From: Octopus vulgaris
Lineage: Eukaryota
Assembly: GCA_951406725.2 (NCBI GenBank)
Contig: OX597815.1
Span: 682,001 to 746,000, forward strand
DNA length: 64,000 nucleotides
Reading direction: 5' to 3'
Shown: piece by piece, positions 1 to 13,430 of the stretch
Numbering within the stretch: position 1 is the stretch's first letter
Layout: each line of letters opens with the position of its first letter
Program-made: the position numbers and the translations under genes
The notes under the pieces: model-generated
The model's database searches: none
What the model was told of the DNA's origin: nothing
Seen by the model: only the letters and a program-made list of their open reading frames with translations

Positions 1-1284
1 TGATTTGATAAACAACATTACAGTCTTAAGAAGAGCTTTAGGAATAAATTTGAGTCTAATTGAAAACAATACATTTTAGACGAGCATTTAATCAGACATC
101 TGATTAAACATCTTAAACAATTCATCAAAGATTTTATCTGTCATCTAATTAAACATCTAATCAGACATTTAATTAAACAATTTGACATTTTTAATCAACA
201 TATTATATCAATTCGAAATTATTTTAGTTGGATTCAAGATTATTTCAGTTTCCTTCGATGCTATTTTAATTGACTTCAACATTATTTTAATCGTTTTAAT
301 TTGCTTCGCGATTATTAATTTACTTCGAGATTTTTTTAATTTGCTTCTTGATTATTTTAATTCACTAGAAGATTGTTTTAATTTTGTACTCGATGAAAGT
401 GTATTAGTTCGTTTGTGGAGTATAATTTAAATGTTTCTCTAAGTAGTGACCTCCCCACTGACAGTTTGTATTTGTATGGAGAGTCGATGTCACCGTGGAA
501 CTACATCCTTTTATGTCAATCTTTGGTGTAACCGGACTTGAGAAATCTATCGTTTTCTGTCTATAGTATTCTGGATGAAATATTTGCACTTTACCCGACT
601 TCATCTAGAAACGCGTTGTTTTATTGCTGGGGGTTTCATTTGTGAAGTGATGGATGTCGAATTTCGTGTACCAAACTATTTTCTGAGTCTTCCTCCAATT
701 TTTCGATCTTTTCTGGTGTGTAGATTGTCCACACACCTGGCATATATTCCAATGTGTTCATTAAAACGAGCAAACGATCGAGTGTATCTCTTATACTTAT
801 GTGTTGCAACGATTTTACTTTCTATCGAGGCTGCACGTGGGATCTAACGGAGGCCTCGGGCTGCGCCAAGATCACTTTAGCCTGAAGATGAGGCTGTGAA
901 GGTCTAGAAATATTGATAACGCGTTTAAGAACTTTATAATTTCAAACTCAAGAAAATATATTAAAAAAAGAAAAGAAACTTGATGACGAAAATATTACTG
1001 GACATTGTCCGTTTTAAGATATTTTCTTTATTATAGAAAACCGTAACAGAATAGTTGTTATGCATTTTGGTGTTGCCAGTGTATATAATATGTATACGCC
1101 AGTGCAATTTATATACAATCACGTGTCAACTGTAAGTATAGTACGTAGACACTTGTTTCTTTTTAGTTGACGGCAGTTTTACTTGTGCAACCAAAAACAG
1201 TTGGATTCCTGTAAAATATATCGTCGTACGGAATAAAGACTAATACCAACTCCATCTTCTGCTTCCTAAATCAATTATATATAT

Positions 1285-2383
1285 TGTTACGGGGGGGACC
1301 TCCGTCGAACGAAAGCTGTTACGGAATCCCTCACACAGGCCCGTTCGATCAGCGAATAAGTTCGCCACGGAAACTCGGAGAGGAGAGAGACAGACAACAA
1401 CAACAACAACAGCAGCAGCAGCAAGATACAGCGGAGGCAATCGAGAGAGACACAAAGAAGGCAAGGCAATTGGCTACGTTAACAACTAGTTTATATGACT
1501 ATTACAATTGTTACAACATCAATTACATTTAAAGATACATCAGGTAAATACAAGCAAATAACAGAATCAACACATCAACTCAATACATCATACAGGTATA
1601 CCACAGATCAAAGCATTTAAACTGTCCGGTAACAACACATCAAATTCAATAACAACAGCATTTCAAGAGTACACGTCCGGAGACAACAGTTCTGTTTCAA
1701 ATCACATTAAAGTTACAGTTCAAAGGACATTAAAGGCCTAACAGTTCAATGTTCATTACACAGTTCTCTTTTGCCTTAACACAACTCTGTACACAATGTC
1801 TTTACACAGTTCACATTGCTCTTTTCACTGTCTCATTTCTTTTCAACGGTCTCTTTACATCGATTCTTTTTCCTTCTTTTTCTTCAATTCACGTACCTTA
1901 GTTCCTACTAGAATAGCCAGTGTCTCATATTGCACCTCATCTCTCTCAGTACTGCTAACTCCAACTTGCTAAACGCTTGCCTTGAATTCCAAAATCCTGG
2001 CCGCTAAATCCAACTTGCCAACCGCTTGCCCTGAATTCCAAATACCGACTGCCCAAAACCTCTTGCTCTGTCACTACTCCCAATCTCTCCTAGCTCTATC
2101 GCAATCACTCTCTGCTTGTCTTCCTCTGCCTCTCATCCTCTCTTAATCTATGTCATCTCTCATGACAGCTCTCAGATTCCTTAATCTGTCTTCCTCACTA
2201 CTTTCTTCTTCCTCTTCTTCACTGTCACTAGATTCTTCCTTCTTTAAGGGGTGTTTAGAACGAACTTTAGTTCACCTGAAAGGGGTCGCAGGTCTACCCA
2301 GAACCAACCAATCCACCTGAATCTGACAGGACAATGGATATATTCCAAAGTAGGTCGCAGCCAACTGTCCTCAAGCTGAACCC

Positions 2384-2389
<6 letters not shown>
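1285..2389. mobile_element. Probable solo LTR (Gypsy-like) inserted in a (TA)n tract
   Basis: TGTT...AACA termini, ATAT on both sides (4-bp TSD-like), ~1.1 kb non-coding, internal ~48-bp imperfect tandem duplication near 1960-2045. Confidence 0.6.
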
Positions 2390-2457
<68 letters not shown>

Positions 2458-2488
2458 CAAAATAAGTAACAGGATTTTAAGTGGTAAC

Positions 2489-2572
2489 GCAGTATGAACG
2501 TTTCAAGCGGCTCCATTTAATTGAACAAGGTGATCATTACATCAATTTAAATACAGCGCTATCTTAAGCTGC
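2489..2572 (-). ncRNA. Degenerate type I hammerhead ribozyme motif
   Basis: Minus strand: GCAG CTTAAGA (t)AGCG...CGCT(t) GAAACGTTCATA CTGC. Stems I and II pair; core G5 and stem III are mutated; element flanked by (TA)n. Confidence 0.5.
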
Positions 2573-3541
2573 ACAAAATATGTATATATATAGATGTACA
2601 TGTAATATGTACACATATATATATATACATATATACATGCACTAGCACTATGACCCGGCAACGACGAGTTTTTAATGCTATATTAATATAATTTTTCTTA
2701 AATATTTTAATAGAGCAAGATGATGGAAGAATTTCATGTTACCAACTTCGGACGTCGAATCCTTTATAACTTACCCTCGAATACAGAATATTATATTATA
2801 CAGTATAATGTGTTGCATTACATATATTATATGCTATGTATTATGTTATGTGATGTACTATATGTAATATTACCCTATGCTAACCCCTGCCTAGTTAGTC
2901 TGACTTCATCCTATTTGGTGATTTCACTATTCTTTCTTTCTATGAATTTCTACTCTATCAGTCATATTAAGTATATTTGTAATGATTTTGTGATGGTAAG
3001 TCTCCCTTGACTAAATCTTATACCCCCTAAGAACTATACAATCACACATACAATTGCACCTGTAATATTGTAATTTATAAAACCATTTCGGTATGAATAC
3101 ATTAATCTGTCCACATTATTTCCATACCAATTACCCTTTTAAAGTTACCTTTATCTTTTCCTGCTTTTGATTTTAACCCTCTCTCTTTGTATATATTTCT
3201 TGTTATTTTCTATAAATTCTTATTATTTTGATTTCTTATTTTGGTATGTTTGCCTTATTAATCTCTTATCCTCTATGTTTTACCTTATATTGTTAAATTT
3301 TGTATGCTATTGAATTTTATATTTTGCATTCCTAAGCGTATATATATGTGTGTGTGTGTATCCTATGTATGTACGTATGATGTTGATGTTGATGATGATG
3401 ATGTTGAATTCTCTTATCGTGAACGACAAATGAGAGTTCGGTGTTTGGAGTCAGTTTTGTTCAAATTTTTGAACCGAGGAGAAGCAGGACTGGCGCCAGG
3501 TCCTGTGTTCTGATGTTTTGTTCTCCCAGGAAGAAAAGGGA

Positions 3542-3583
<42 letters not shown>

Positions 3584-3584
<1 letters not shown>

Positions 3585-3981
3585 TAGCAGTATCGCCCGG
3601 CGTTGCTTGGGTTTGTAAGGGAAATAACTATATAAGCATTTTTAGAGAGTTATAGCCAAAAAATAGCAAAAAAAATGCATTAAAAATGGAAAAAAAATGA
3701 TGGTAAATTTTTTAAAAAATCGTTGACTCATCGTAGACATTTTTAGAGAGTTACTTCCCTTATATAATAGCGAAAAAATGCATTGAAATGGAAAAAAATG
3801 ATGGTAATTTTTTTTTTAATCGTAGACTCATCGTAGACGCGCGCTAATACCCAGAAGGGCTCGATATGAATCCCGACTATAAGATACCCGGTTTTGGTTA
3901 AACTGCACCGCAAAATGTGGGAGTAGTTAGGAATCTAAATCGTAGGAGACAGACACACAACTTCACTTTTATATATAAAGA
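3584..3981 (-). mobile_element. Non-autonomous Helitron
   Basis: Minus strand starts A|TCTTTATATATAAAA and ends ...GCAACGCCGGGCGATACTGCTAG|T; homologous copies at 14783 and 26661. Confidence 0.8.
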
Positions 3982-4487
3982 TATACAATACTATAATTTA
4001 TATAAGGCAGTGGACATCACCAAAAAGCTTCGTTAGTGGACCCGGTTACCTGCTACATAGAAAACAAATACGTAGGGTTGTAATGTAGAGTCCTGTGCAG
4101 TTGAAATCCAGTAAATCCAATGAATGAAAATTATTTCACGAGGAGAAAAAAGAATATAAAGAAGAGAAAAGATCGGGTGGGGTTGAATATATTTATTTCC
4201 CCCTCGGTTGATAGCCACAGGTTCTGCAGCCGACATCATGCAGACATAAATGGTTTTACATGTTCGCACTGGCATGTATGCTATAGATAGCAAAGTACAA
4301 ACCAGTGTCGGGAGAGGAGGCTTGCTCTTCAGATCGACAGAACATCATGGTTCCATCAATCTTTCATCTCCGGTAGACATATGCAAAAAAAAAAAATCAT
4401 CTTCAAACTTCAAACTGTGTGGAAGACCAAGAAAGGGGGATTTTGTAAGATATGAAAAGGAAATTATGAGTGGTGATGATGTATGAT

Positions 4488-4556
<69 letters not shown>

Positions 4557-4663
4557 GAAGATAATAACCTAGAAGTAGTAATAATAGAGAGAAAAAAGAA
4601 AGTGTAAGTTTTAAGGAATGAGAGAAAGTGTGCAGATATTGTTTATGAAATATAGAGAATAAT

Positions 4664-4897
4664 TATTTCTTTTACTACCCACAAGGGGCTAAACGCAGAG
4701 GGGACAAACAAGGACAGGAACGGATTAAGTCGATTATATCGACCCCAGTGCGTAACTAGTACTTAATTTATCGACCCGGAAAGGATGAAAGGCAGGGTCA
4801 ACCTCGGCGGAATTTGAACTCAGAACGTAACGACAGACGAAATACTGCTGAGCATTTCGCCCGGCGTGCTAACCACTCTGCCAGTTCCCCTCCGCCT
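4664..4897 (-). mobile_element. tRNA-derived SINE, family A, with ~21-bp TSD
   Basis: A/B-box-like head (GAGTTCAAATTCC); conserved GCCTTTCATCCTTTC..GGTCGATAAA body; TTATGAAATATAGAGAATAAT repeated on both flanks; seven copies in window. Confidence 0.9.
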
Positions 4898-5190
4898 TAT
4901 GAAATATAGAGAATAATATCAGCAAAAGGAGAAATGAAGTGAAAGTTAAAAGAGAACGAGGAAGAGGGGCCAAGACGAGGGGCCAAGACGAGGGGCCAAG
5001 ACACATGAATGAATATGGTGGCTTGGAGTATAAACCATTCTGGATATATAAAGCAAAAAGGATGTCAGTTCATAGCAATTGGTAGTCTCGAAAATAGGGG
5101 TCAACAGATACGAAGTGTACAATGTCCTTTATATTCTACTATTTCGATCGATATAATTCATTTCCTTACTTTATTAACTCTTTTTATCAG

Positions 5191-5224
<34 letters not shown>

Positions 5225-5225
<1 letters not shown>

Positions 5226-5445
5226 CGTTTTATGTCTGTGTTTTGTCCTCCACTACCGTTTCACAACCGGTGTTGGTGCGTTTGCGTCCCATAACTTAAT
5301 GATTCGACAAAATAAACCAATAGAATAAATACCAGGTTTTTGAAGAGAAAAGAATAAACATTGGGGTCGATTCATTTGACTGAAATTCTTCAAGGCAATG
5401 CCCCAGTATGGCCGCAGTCAAATGGCTGAAACACGTAAAAGACAA
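5225..5445 (+). mobile_element. SINE family B, diverged 3' half
   Basis: Matches the tail of the complete copy at 52890-53302 (…ATGGCCGCAGTCAAATG.CTGAAAC…). Confidence 0.75.
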
Positions 5446-5622
5446 AAAAAAAACACACACACACACACATACCGTGGCTGTGTGGTAAGTAGATTGCTTA
5501 CCAGTCACATAGTTTCGGGCTCGGTCCTACTGCGAGGCACCTTGGGCAAGTGTCTTCTACTATAGCTTCGAGCGACCAAAGCCTTGTGAGTGGTAGACGG
5601 AAACTAAAAGAAGCTCGTCGTG

Positions 5623-5700
<78 letters not shown>

Positions 5701-5986
5701 CGAACTTCCACCATGGGTCATCACAATTGCTTAAGGTAAAAATGAATTCCTCGCTCTTTCGGAAACATCAATCTTCTGTATTGACCGCTTTCCACCACTT
5801 TGATCTGTTTTTTGTATTGAATACGTATCGCCACCGTGGGCCACTGCATCGAACACTTTGAAATATACTTCAAACTATATATCAACTATACATGAACTAT
5901 ATATCAACTATACATGAACTCTAAGATGTCTGACTCCGTTGTGTATTATAAATGAATTTCTTGTGTTTGACGGCATGAGCTGTCTC

Positions 5987-6057
5987 TTTTTATATATAAC
6001 TTTTTTTGATAAGGTTCATTTCAGGAACTGAAACATATTATAATGTATATATAAAAA
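5987..6057 (+). ncRNA. Hammerhead-like motif with U3:A8 core, stem I displaced
   Basis: TTGATAA GGTTC atttcag GAACT GAAACAT attata ATGTA. Stems II and III pair; the stem I partner TTTTTATATA/TATATAAAAA is offset by ~9 nt. Confidence 0.5.
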
Positions 6058-6159
6058 TTAAAAATTGTATAATACAGCAGCAGTTTCGAACTTCATTTTT
6101 TACAAATATATACCTACTCGTATACGAGCTAATCCTATTATAAATATATATATATATAT

Positions 6160-6706
6160 ATAAGAAATATCGAATTTCTAAATCTCTCGTAGAGACATGT
6201 ACGGTGGTGGGGCGATAGAATGGTTGTATACTGTCAATCTAACAAGAACGTGACAGTAGGGGGTACACCACCGCTGTATAGCCCTAGGAAGCATCGAACG
6301 CCTCCTGATAGCTTTGACACATTTTTCCCTGTGTCCTTATATACATATACGAATATGTACATATCTCTACGAGAGATTTAGAAATTCGATATTTCTTATT
6401 TTGATAATCAGTGAATAAACTTCACTGAGTTTACATATATACAATTACGAAGTCGAGGCAAATATCACCAGCCGACCGGTGTCTGCTACTCTAGGCCGAT
6501 GAAGGACAACGATCCTGAAACACGGTGTCCCTAGATGCAGTTCCGGCAGCCGGGGGTGTTTGTCTCCCCTTCGTATATGTATATAAGGACACAGGGAAAA
6601 AATGTGTCAAAGCTATCAGGAGGCGTTCGATGCTTCCTAGGGCTATACAGCGGTGATGTGCCCCCTACTGTCACGTTCTTGTTAGATTGACAGTATACGA
6701 CCATTC

Positions 6707-6709
<3 letters not shown>
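6160..6709. mobile_element. Non-coding Penelope-like/retrozyme-like element with two interleaved inverted repeats
   Basis: 6160-6202 is inverted to 6357-6399; 6215-6353 is inverted to 6570-6709; (TA)n on both sides; contains an HHR; partial second copy at 47351-47540. Confidence 0.8.
6490..6535 (+). ncRNA. Type I hammerhead ribozyme, U4C core variant
   Basis: TCTAGG CCGATGA AGGA caacga TCCT GAAACA cgg TGTC CCTAGA: 6-bp stem I, 4-bp stem II, 3-bp stem III, GUC cleavage triplet. Confidence 0.85.
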
Positions 6710-6759
<50 letters not shown>

Positions 6760-6988
6760 TTTTGTGTCTGTGTTTGTCCCCCCAACATCGCTTGACAACC
6801 GATGCTGGTATGTTTACGTCCCCGTAACTTAGCGATTCGGCAAAACAGACCAATAGAATAAGTACTAGGCTTACAAAGAATAAGTCCTAGGGTCGGTTTG
6901 CTCGACTAAAAGCGGTGCTCCAACATGGCCGCAGTCAAATGACTGAAACAAGTAAAAGAGTAAAAGAGATATATAAACATGCGCTTGA

Positions 6989-7068
<80 letters not shown>

Positions 7069-7421
7069 GTGTGTGTGTGTTTGTATAAATGGCAAATGGA
7101 GGATGAAAGGGGAACAAAGGATACGGCTGAAGGTCATCTCAATATTCAATGATGCTCATAAGGAAATGGTAATTCAAAGAACTGTTTCTGCCTTCATCGC
7201 AAAAAAGGAAAGCCCGTAGCTTCTTCCACCCCAGTATTTTGATGAAGGTGGGGGAGGAGTGGGTTGAGTGGTGGTAAGAGAGAGTGTCAGTATGAGAGAG
7301 ATAGGGAGGGGGAATGCAATGGAAATTAGGCGCTCGGCTGCTGATTGAAGGCTTCTTTTTAAATACAAGTTGCGATCACCGTGCTGGCTTCCTCTCTCTT
7401 TCTTCCTCTTCTTTCTTCCCT

Positions 7422-7492
7422 CTTCTTCTTCTTCTTCTTCTTCTTCTTCTTCTTCTTCTTCTTCTTCTTCTTCTTCTTCTTCTTCTTCTTCT
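7422..7492. repeat. (CTT)n microsatellite
   Basis: Direct reading. Confidence 0.95.
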
Positions 7493-8219
7493 CCCCCCCC
7501 CACCCTTTCTGTCTCTTTCTCTCTCTCTCTGTCCCTTATAACTTACATTATGACTTCCCGAAACAACCGGCCCCTTTTTGCCGTCTCCATCGCCCCTAAC
7601 TACATCGACATGTGCTAGAATGCTTGTCCGTTCTCACACTACTAGCCTTACCACAATCATTTTTACTGGGGTTCATTCCCTGTACGCTCTTTTCTTATTC
7701 CCTTGGAAGCCCACCTTAACAATTGAACAACCCCCTGTCTCCACTTACCCCCACTTTTCTTTGAAACAACGCCGAAAGACACCGCCCTTCTCGAATAGTT
7801 TTCCCAGTTATTTAATTCTGTACTTACAGTTATTGTGGTTGTTGTTGTTGTTGTAGGGTCAAAGGAAGAGGAAGAAAGGCAACAAAACTCACTCCCACCC
7901 CGTTTACGTGGTTCTTTTAGTTCAATGTGTAAATATATAAACGTACGAACGTTTCATACACACACGCACCGACGCAGACTCATTTAATCGCGCGCGCACA
8001 CACACGCAGACATACACACACAAACGTACACACACACACACACACACACACACATTTACGCACAAACACCTGCACACTTGTGCGTTTGTTTAAACGTTTC
8101 ATGGCTTTGTGTCTGTGTTGGCCGACAGACTTACAAGAACAGACCCACACACACACACTCACACACACGCACACACACACACACACGCATGTAGATATGA
8201 CATACACACGTGTATGTAT

Positions 8220-8745
<526 letters not shown>

Positions 8746-9022
8746 CTATTAAAACAATTGCCAGACAATTTCAAACGAAATGGGACTTGGCAGAGTGTTA
8801 CCAGAGATTTGATCCTAAAGGGCAGCAATAAATGTGTGTCCCCGTTTATTATGGGGTCGAAGAAACCCAGCCGTGATTTTGGCAATCATTCTCATAATAA
8901 CAAATGAGAGGAGTCATGAATAAGAAAGGGAATATGATAAAGGGTTCGGTACTGGCTTATGGGGGTCACTTAGGGATGGGGACACACACATTGATGTTTT
9001 GTCTATTACGAGAAAGGAGCAT

Positions 9023-9088
<66 letters not shown>

Positions 9089-9153
9089 GTACATAAATAT
9101 ACAAATATATTCATATGTATTTCCATACACTGCACACATACATTATGTATATT

Positions 9154-9184
<31 letters not shown>

Positions 9185-9186
<2 letters not shown>

Positions 9187-9386
9187 TTGTGTGTCTGTGT
9201 TTGTCCCCCCAGAATCGCTTGACAACCGATGCTGGTGTGTTTGCGTCCCCCGTAACTAAGTGGTTCGGCAAAAGAGACCGATAGAATAAGTACTAGGCTT
9301 ACAAAGAACAAGTCCGGGGGTCGAGTTGCTCGACTAAAGGCGGTGCTCCATCATGGCCGCAGTCAAATGACTTGAAACAAGTAAAA

Positions 9387-9389
<3 letters not shown>
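9185..9389 (+). mobile_element. SINE family B, 3' half
   Basis: Highly similar to 6755-6968. Confidence 0.85.
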
Positions 9390-9427
<38 letters not shown>

Positions 9428-9484
9428 CAATATGACATAAAAATCCAAGGCTGTGAAAGATTTCAGAACATTTATAAAGAGAAG

Positions 9485-9532
9485 GTCTTACAGCTGTTTC
9501 CGGGATATTTTATATATCCCTTCATCAGAGAC
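9485..9532 (-). ncRNA. Minimal type I hammerhead ribozyme, canonical core
   Basis: Minus strand: GTCT CTGATGA a GGGATAT ataaa ATATCCC g GAA ACAGCTGT A AGAC. Palindromic stem III, GUA site, ~60 nt from (TA)n. Confidence 0.85.
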
Positions 9533-10017
9533 GGTGCGAGAAACTGGTTAAGCAATAGTTATTCTAGATATGAAATAGAGAGTGAAGTGGAGGAATGAAA
9601 ATAGACGTGAGATATGCAGGTATATTGTATCTTCAGTTCCATTATTTAGGCAGAATGGTTTACATATAAGATTCCAATACCTTGTGTGTAAGTTCCAATA
9701 GTATTTAAAATTGGTCATTCCAAGCATAGAGTATGTAAACGGCGTTTCTAACAATCAGAAAAGGGAGAAAACCTCAGATTAACGATCACATCGATTGGAC
9801 CACATTTATTGATGTGTTTGTTAATCTGAGGTTTTCTTCATATTCTGATTACTTGTATTTTTTACCTGATAAACGCTTGTTTATCCTGTTGTTACCTGCA
9901 CTCTACCTGCATAGAGTGCCTGCACACCAACGGGCGGGAATAACAGGGGTAACGGATACCGTTAGTACACTCGGATATTTTACCTTTTAGTCGGTTATTA
10001 TAACCGCTATGTTCACA

Positions 10018-10098
<81 letters not shown>

Positions 10099-10239
10099 AA
10101 TGTGTACATTTAAACACAAGAGGAGCTACCTTTAACAGGCAGCTTTACACGCTAGAAGAAGCAGTCAAAACGACCAAAACCACATTTAAGAACAATTTCG
10201 AAGGGAATAAAAAATAAAAACTTTTACCTTATTTTTACG

Positions 10240-10308
10240 GTCATACCCAGGTTTCGAATTTTATTTAGCAAAGAAAATAATTTGCCAGGCGAAACTCTCA
10301 TCAGTGAC
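10240..10308 (-). ncRNA. Minimal type I hammerhead ribozyme, canonical core
   Basis: Minus strand: GTCA CTGATGA GAGTTT...AAATTC GAA ACCTGGGT A TGAC; all three stems pair. Confidence 0.8.
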
Positions 10309-10758
10309 TGCGCCATAACATTAACATATAATTTAGGGACAGATAACACGTGTCTCATCATTATATATTATAATTTTTCAAATTCACCGCGCAAGCGCAG
10401 TTTCAGTCGACAGCGAATGAAAAAATGCCGAACTAATCTTCTGAAAATGCTAAATCATTTACGTAAAATATATAGGGTAGCGAGTTTTTTTTTTTTAGAA
10501 ATTTCACTACCAGCATGTATAAAAAAGTCAATAGACAACATATTCTCAATACAAAATAGTGTACATTTAAACACAAGAGAAGTAGCCTTTAACAGGCAGC
10601 TTTACACAAATTATTTTGCCTAATATAATGATTTTATTAATTACTATTTAACCTATCAAGCTTAATTGAAACAACTGTGAGGGACCATGTTTGATTTTTG
10701 CAGATTATAAATTTTTATTAAATGTTATGTCCCCATTTTCTTACTTCCTTTCAAATGA

Positions 10759-10790
<32 letters not shown>

Positions 10791-10855
10791 AGAATAAGGA
10801 GAAAATGGAGAGGTAATTAATAGAATTATTTATTAATTGTAAAATATGACAACAT

Positions 10856-10930
10856 CTCTGACAGCTGTTCCGATTCAGAAATATTAATTTATAAAATTAA
10901 AATCCTTATAAGATAAATCTCTTCAGCGGT
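10856..10930 (-). ncRNA. Degenerate hammerhead motif
   Basis: Minus strand: CTGAAGA GATT...AATC GGAACAGCTGTC. GAAA is mutated to GGAA and stem I is lost; lies in a ~185-bp insert between (TA)n tracts. Confidence 0.55.
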
Positions 10931-10971
10931 AGTAAAAATTTACCGATTAGAAATACATGCTGAGATAACGG

Positions 10972-11016
<45 letters not shown>

Positions 11017-11065
11017 GTGTGTGTGTGTGTGTATGTATCTATCTCTCTATCTCTCTCTCTCTCTA

Positions 11066-11108
<43 letters not shown>

Positions 11109-11204
11109 TGTATATGTATTATATGTATGTGTATATATTTGTATGTATATATGTATACATGTATGTATGTATGTATGCGCATACATACTGCAGAACTGAT
11201 ATTT

Positions 11205-11300
<96 letters not shown>

Positions 11301-11917
11301 ATTCTATATTATTCCAGGGGTAAACTTTTTTTTTCACTGTCCGTGATGTTTAGATTTTAGTGAGAAGCTATGAGACATTGAGAAACTGTGCTGTAATGAC
11401 GTTCCTGTTTTTGAATACGCGTCTTCAATGGGACAGCAATCGAAACCGGAAGTCGAGACCCAGTTGTGAGTTTCCCACTATGACAAACCAACGACCACAA
11501 CACGTGCCGCCAATACAAGTAGACATTCGTTAACGTTTCAAGTCGTCACCAGGAAATCACTCCTCTCCAGGCTTCTTTCTTGTCTTTCAAATATCCTTCT
11601 TCTTCCTTTTCTTTTATATCAAAAGTATGAACGAGACGCGGGTATCATTGTGTTTCGTCCGTTTGTTTTAAGCGAAAGAGACTTGATCAGTTAACGGCAG
11701 AGTTTTAGGTTAAGATGCAGGTAACATCAGGCGGTTCCACGTCGATTTACAGCAACTGGAACTTTCGGTAACACTAGAAGAAGAAATTAGGGAAATTCTG
11801 CCTTTTACCTTTTGTTTTTAAAGATATTTTTGTTTATTTGAGACAGACTTTTCTTTTTATAGAAAAAGAAAACAAAAAAAAAAAACGGAGTTTTTAAAAT
11901 TAATTTTTCGTCTTAAT

Positions 11918-12115
11918 CTTTTACTTGTTTCAGTCATTTGACTGCGGCCATGCTGGAGCACCGCCTTTAGTCGAGCAAATCGACCCCTGGACTTATTCTT
12001 TGTAAGCCTATTACTTATTCTATCGGTCTCTTTTGCCGAACCACTTAGTTACGGGGGACGCAAACACACCAGCATCGGTTGTCAAGCGATTCTGGGGGGG
12101 ACAAACACAGACACA

Positions 12116-12188
<73 letters not shown>

Positions 12189-12345
12189 GACGGGCTTCTT
12201 TCAGTTTCCGTCTACCAAATCCACTCACAAGGATTTGTTCGGCTCGAGGCTATACTAGAAGACACTTTCCCAAGGTGCCACGCAGTGGAACTGAACCTGG
12301 AACCATGTGGTTGGTAAGCAAGCTACTTACCACACCGCCAACCCT
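11918..12345 (-). mobile_element. SINE family B, near full length
   Basis: Head, internal (TA)/(TG) tract and tail are colinear with 52890-53302. Confidence 0.9.
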
Positions 12346-12693
12346 GTTTATATTTCTTTAAGAAGACCAACTTTATTGCTTGACCCTGCAGGAACACCAG
12401 AACCCTCGTTGCTTCAATGTCTTTGGGCTTATTTGGTTTTGGGATTAATTTCTATCAATAATCTACGTATTTATTCTTCATTAATTTTGGCCAACTAGAA
12501 CATAACCGGTTCAACATAGTCATTTCTCAGCCTGCTAGAAATAATAGCTAAATCTATTTAATGTCTTACAAAAAAAAAGCGAAAGAAAGAAAGAAAGAGG
12601 ATAGAATGAAAAATCTAGATAGACTACACCTGAAAGAGAAAAAGATGTCCTTGGCTGAAACATTGGAATAGGCATAGGTGTGTGGTGTGTGTA

Positions 12694-12737
<44 letters not shown>

Positions 12738-12753
12738 AATACATGTACGTATG

Positions 12754-12822
<69 letters not shown>

Positions 12823-12865
12823 TATATATATATATGTATATATGTGTGTGTGTGTGTGTGTGCGT

Positions 12866-13176
12866 GAAGGTGCATGGCTCAGTGGTTAGAGTGTCGAGTT
12901 TACGGACCGGGCCGCGTGTTGTGTTCTTGAGCAAGATACTTTATTTCACGTTGCTCCAGTTCACTCAGCTGTAGAAATGAGTTGCGACATCACTGGTACC
13001 TAGCTGTATCGGCCCATTTGCCTTTCCCTTGGACAACATCGGTGGCGAGGAGACGGGAGACTGGTGTGCATGGGCGACTGCTGGTCTTCCATAAACAACC
13101 TTGCCTGGACTTGTACCTGGGAGGATAACTTTCTAGGTGCAATCCCATGGTCAGTCATGACCGAAGGGGATCTCAG
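12866..13176 (+). mobile_element. tRNA-derived SINE, family C
   Basis: TGGCTCAGTGGTTAGAG A-box head, GTGTTCTTGAGCAAGA body motif, RTE-like CCATGGTC...GACCGAAGGGG end; sits in a microsatellite. Confidence 0.7.
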
Positions 13177-13181
13177 CATAT

Positions 13182-13227
<46 letters not shown>

Positions 13228-13385
13228 GCTAGCTACTATATTACTCCTTGTCTGGATATTTACTACTTCTGAGGTTCTGCTAGCTATGAAACATATGTAG
13301 CCTGGATTTGATCTACTCCATTCCTTTCCTATGTTTGGACACACACACACACACGCACGCACGCACACACGCACACACACACACA

Positions 13386-13430
<45 letters not shown>

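Larger units (their letters stand above)
5473..6968 (+). mobile_element. tRNA-derived SINE family B, split by insertions into its internal microsatellite
   Basis: Head 5473-5622 (GTGGCTGTGTGGTAAG...GAAGCTCGTCG) and tail ~6755-6968 match the compact copy at 52890-53302; about 1.1 kb of (TA)n and HHR elements lies between them. Confidence 0.85.

Noticed and set aside
533-590. TTGAGAA ATCTA...TGGAT GAAATATT candidate U3:A8 hammerhead
   Set aside because: No stem I pairing.
876-965. CTGAAGA TGAG...CTCA a GAAAATAT hammerhead candidate; 1-1280 possibly a PLE 3' end
   Set aside because: No convincing stem I or cleavage triplet; not counted.
4965-5002. Short tandem repeats (13-bp x3 here; 24-bp x2 at ~54373; 36-bp x2 at ~28056) as a CRISPR-like array
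   Set aside because: No spacers, eukaryotic context; simple slippage duplications.
13225-13305. GAAACATATGTA with palindromic stem III
   Set aside because: Probably the 3' half of an HHR, but no intact core or stem I; not counted.
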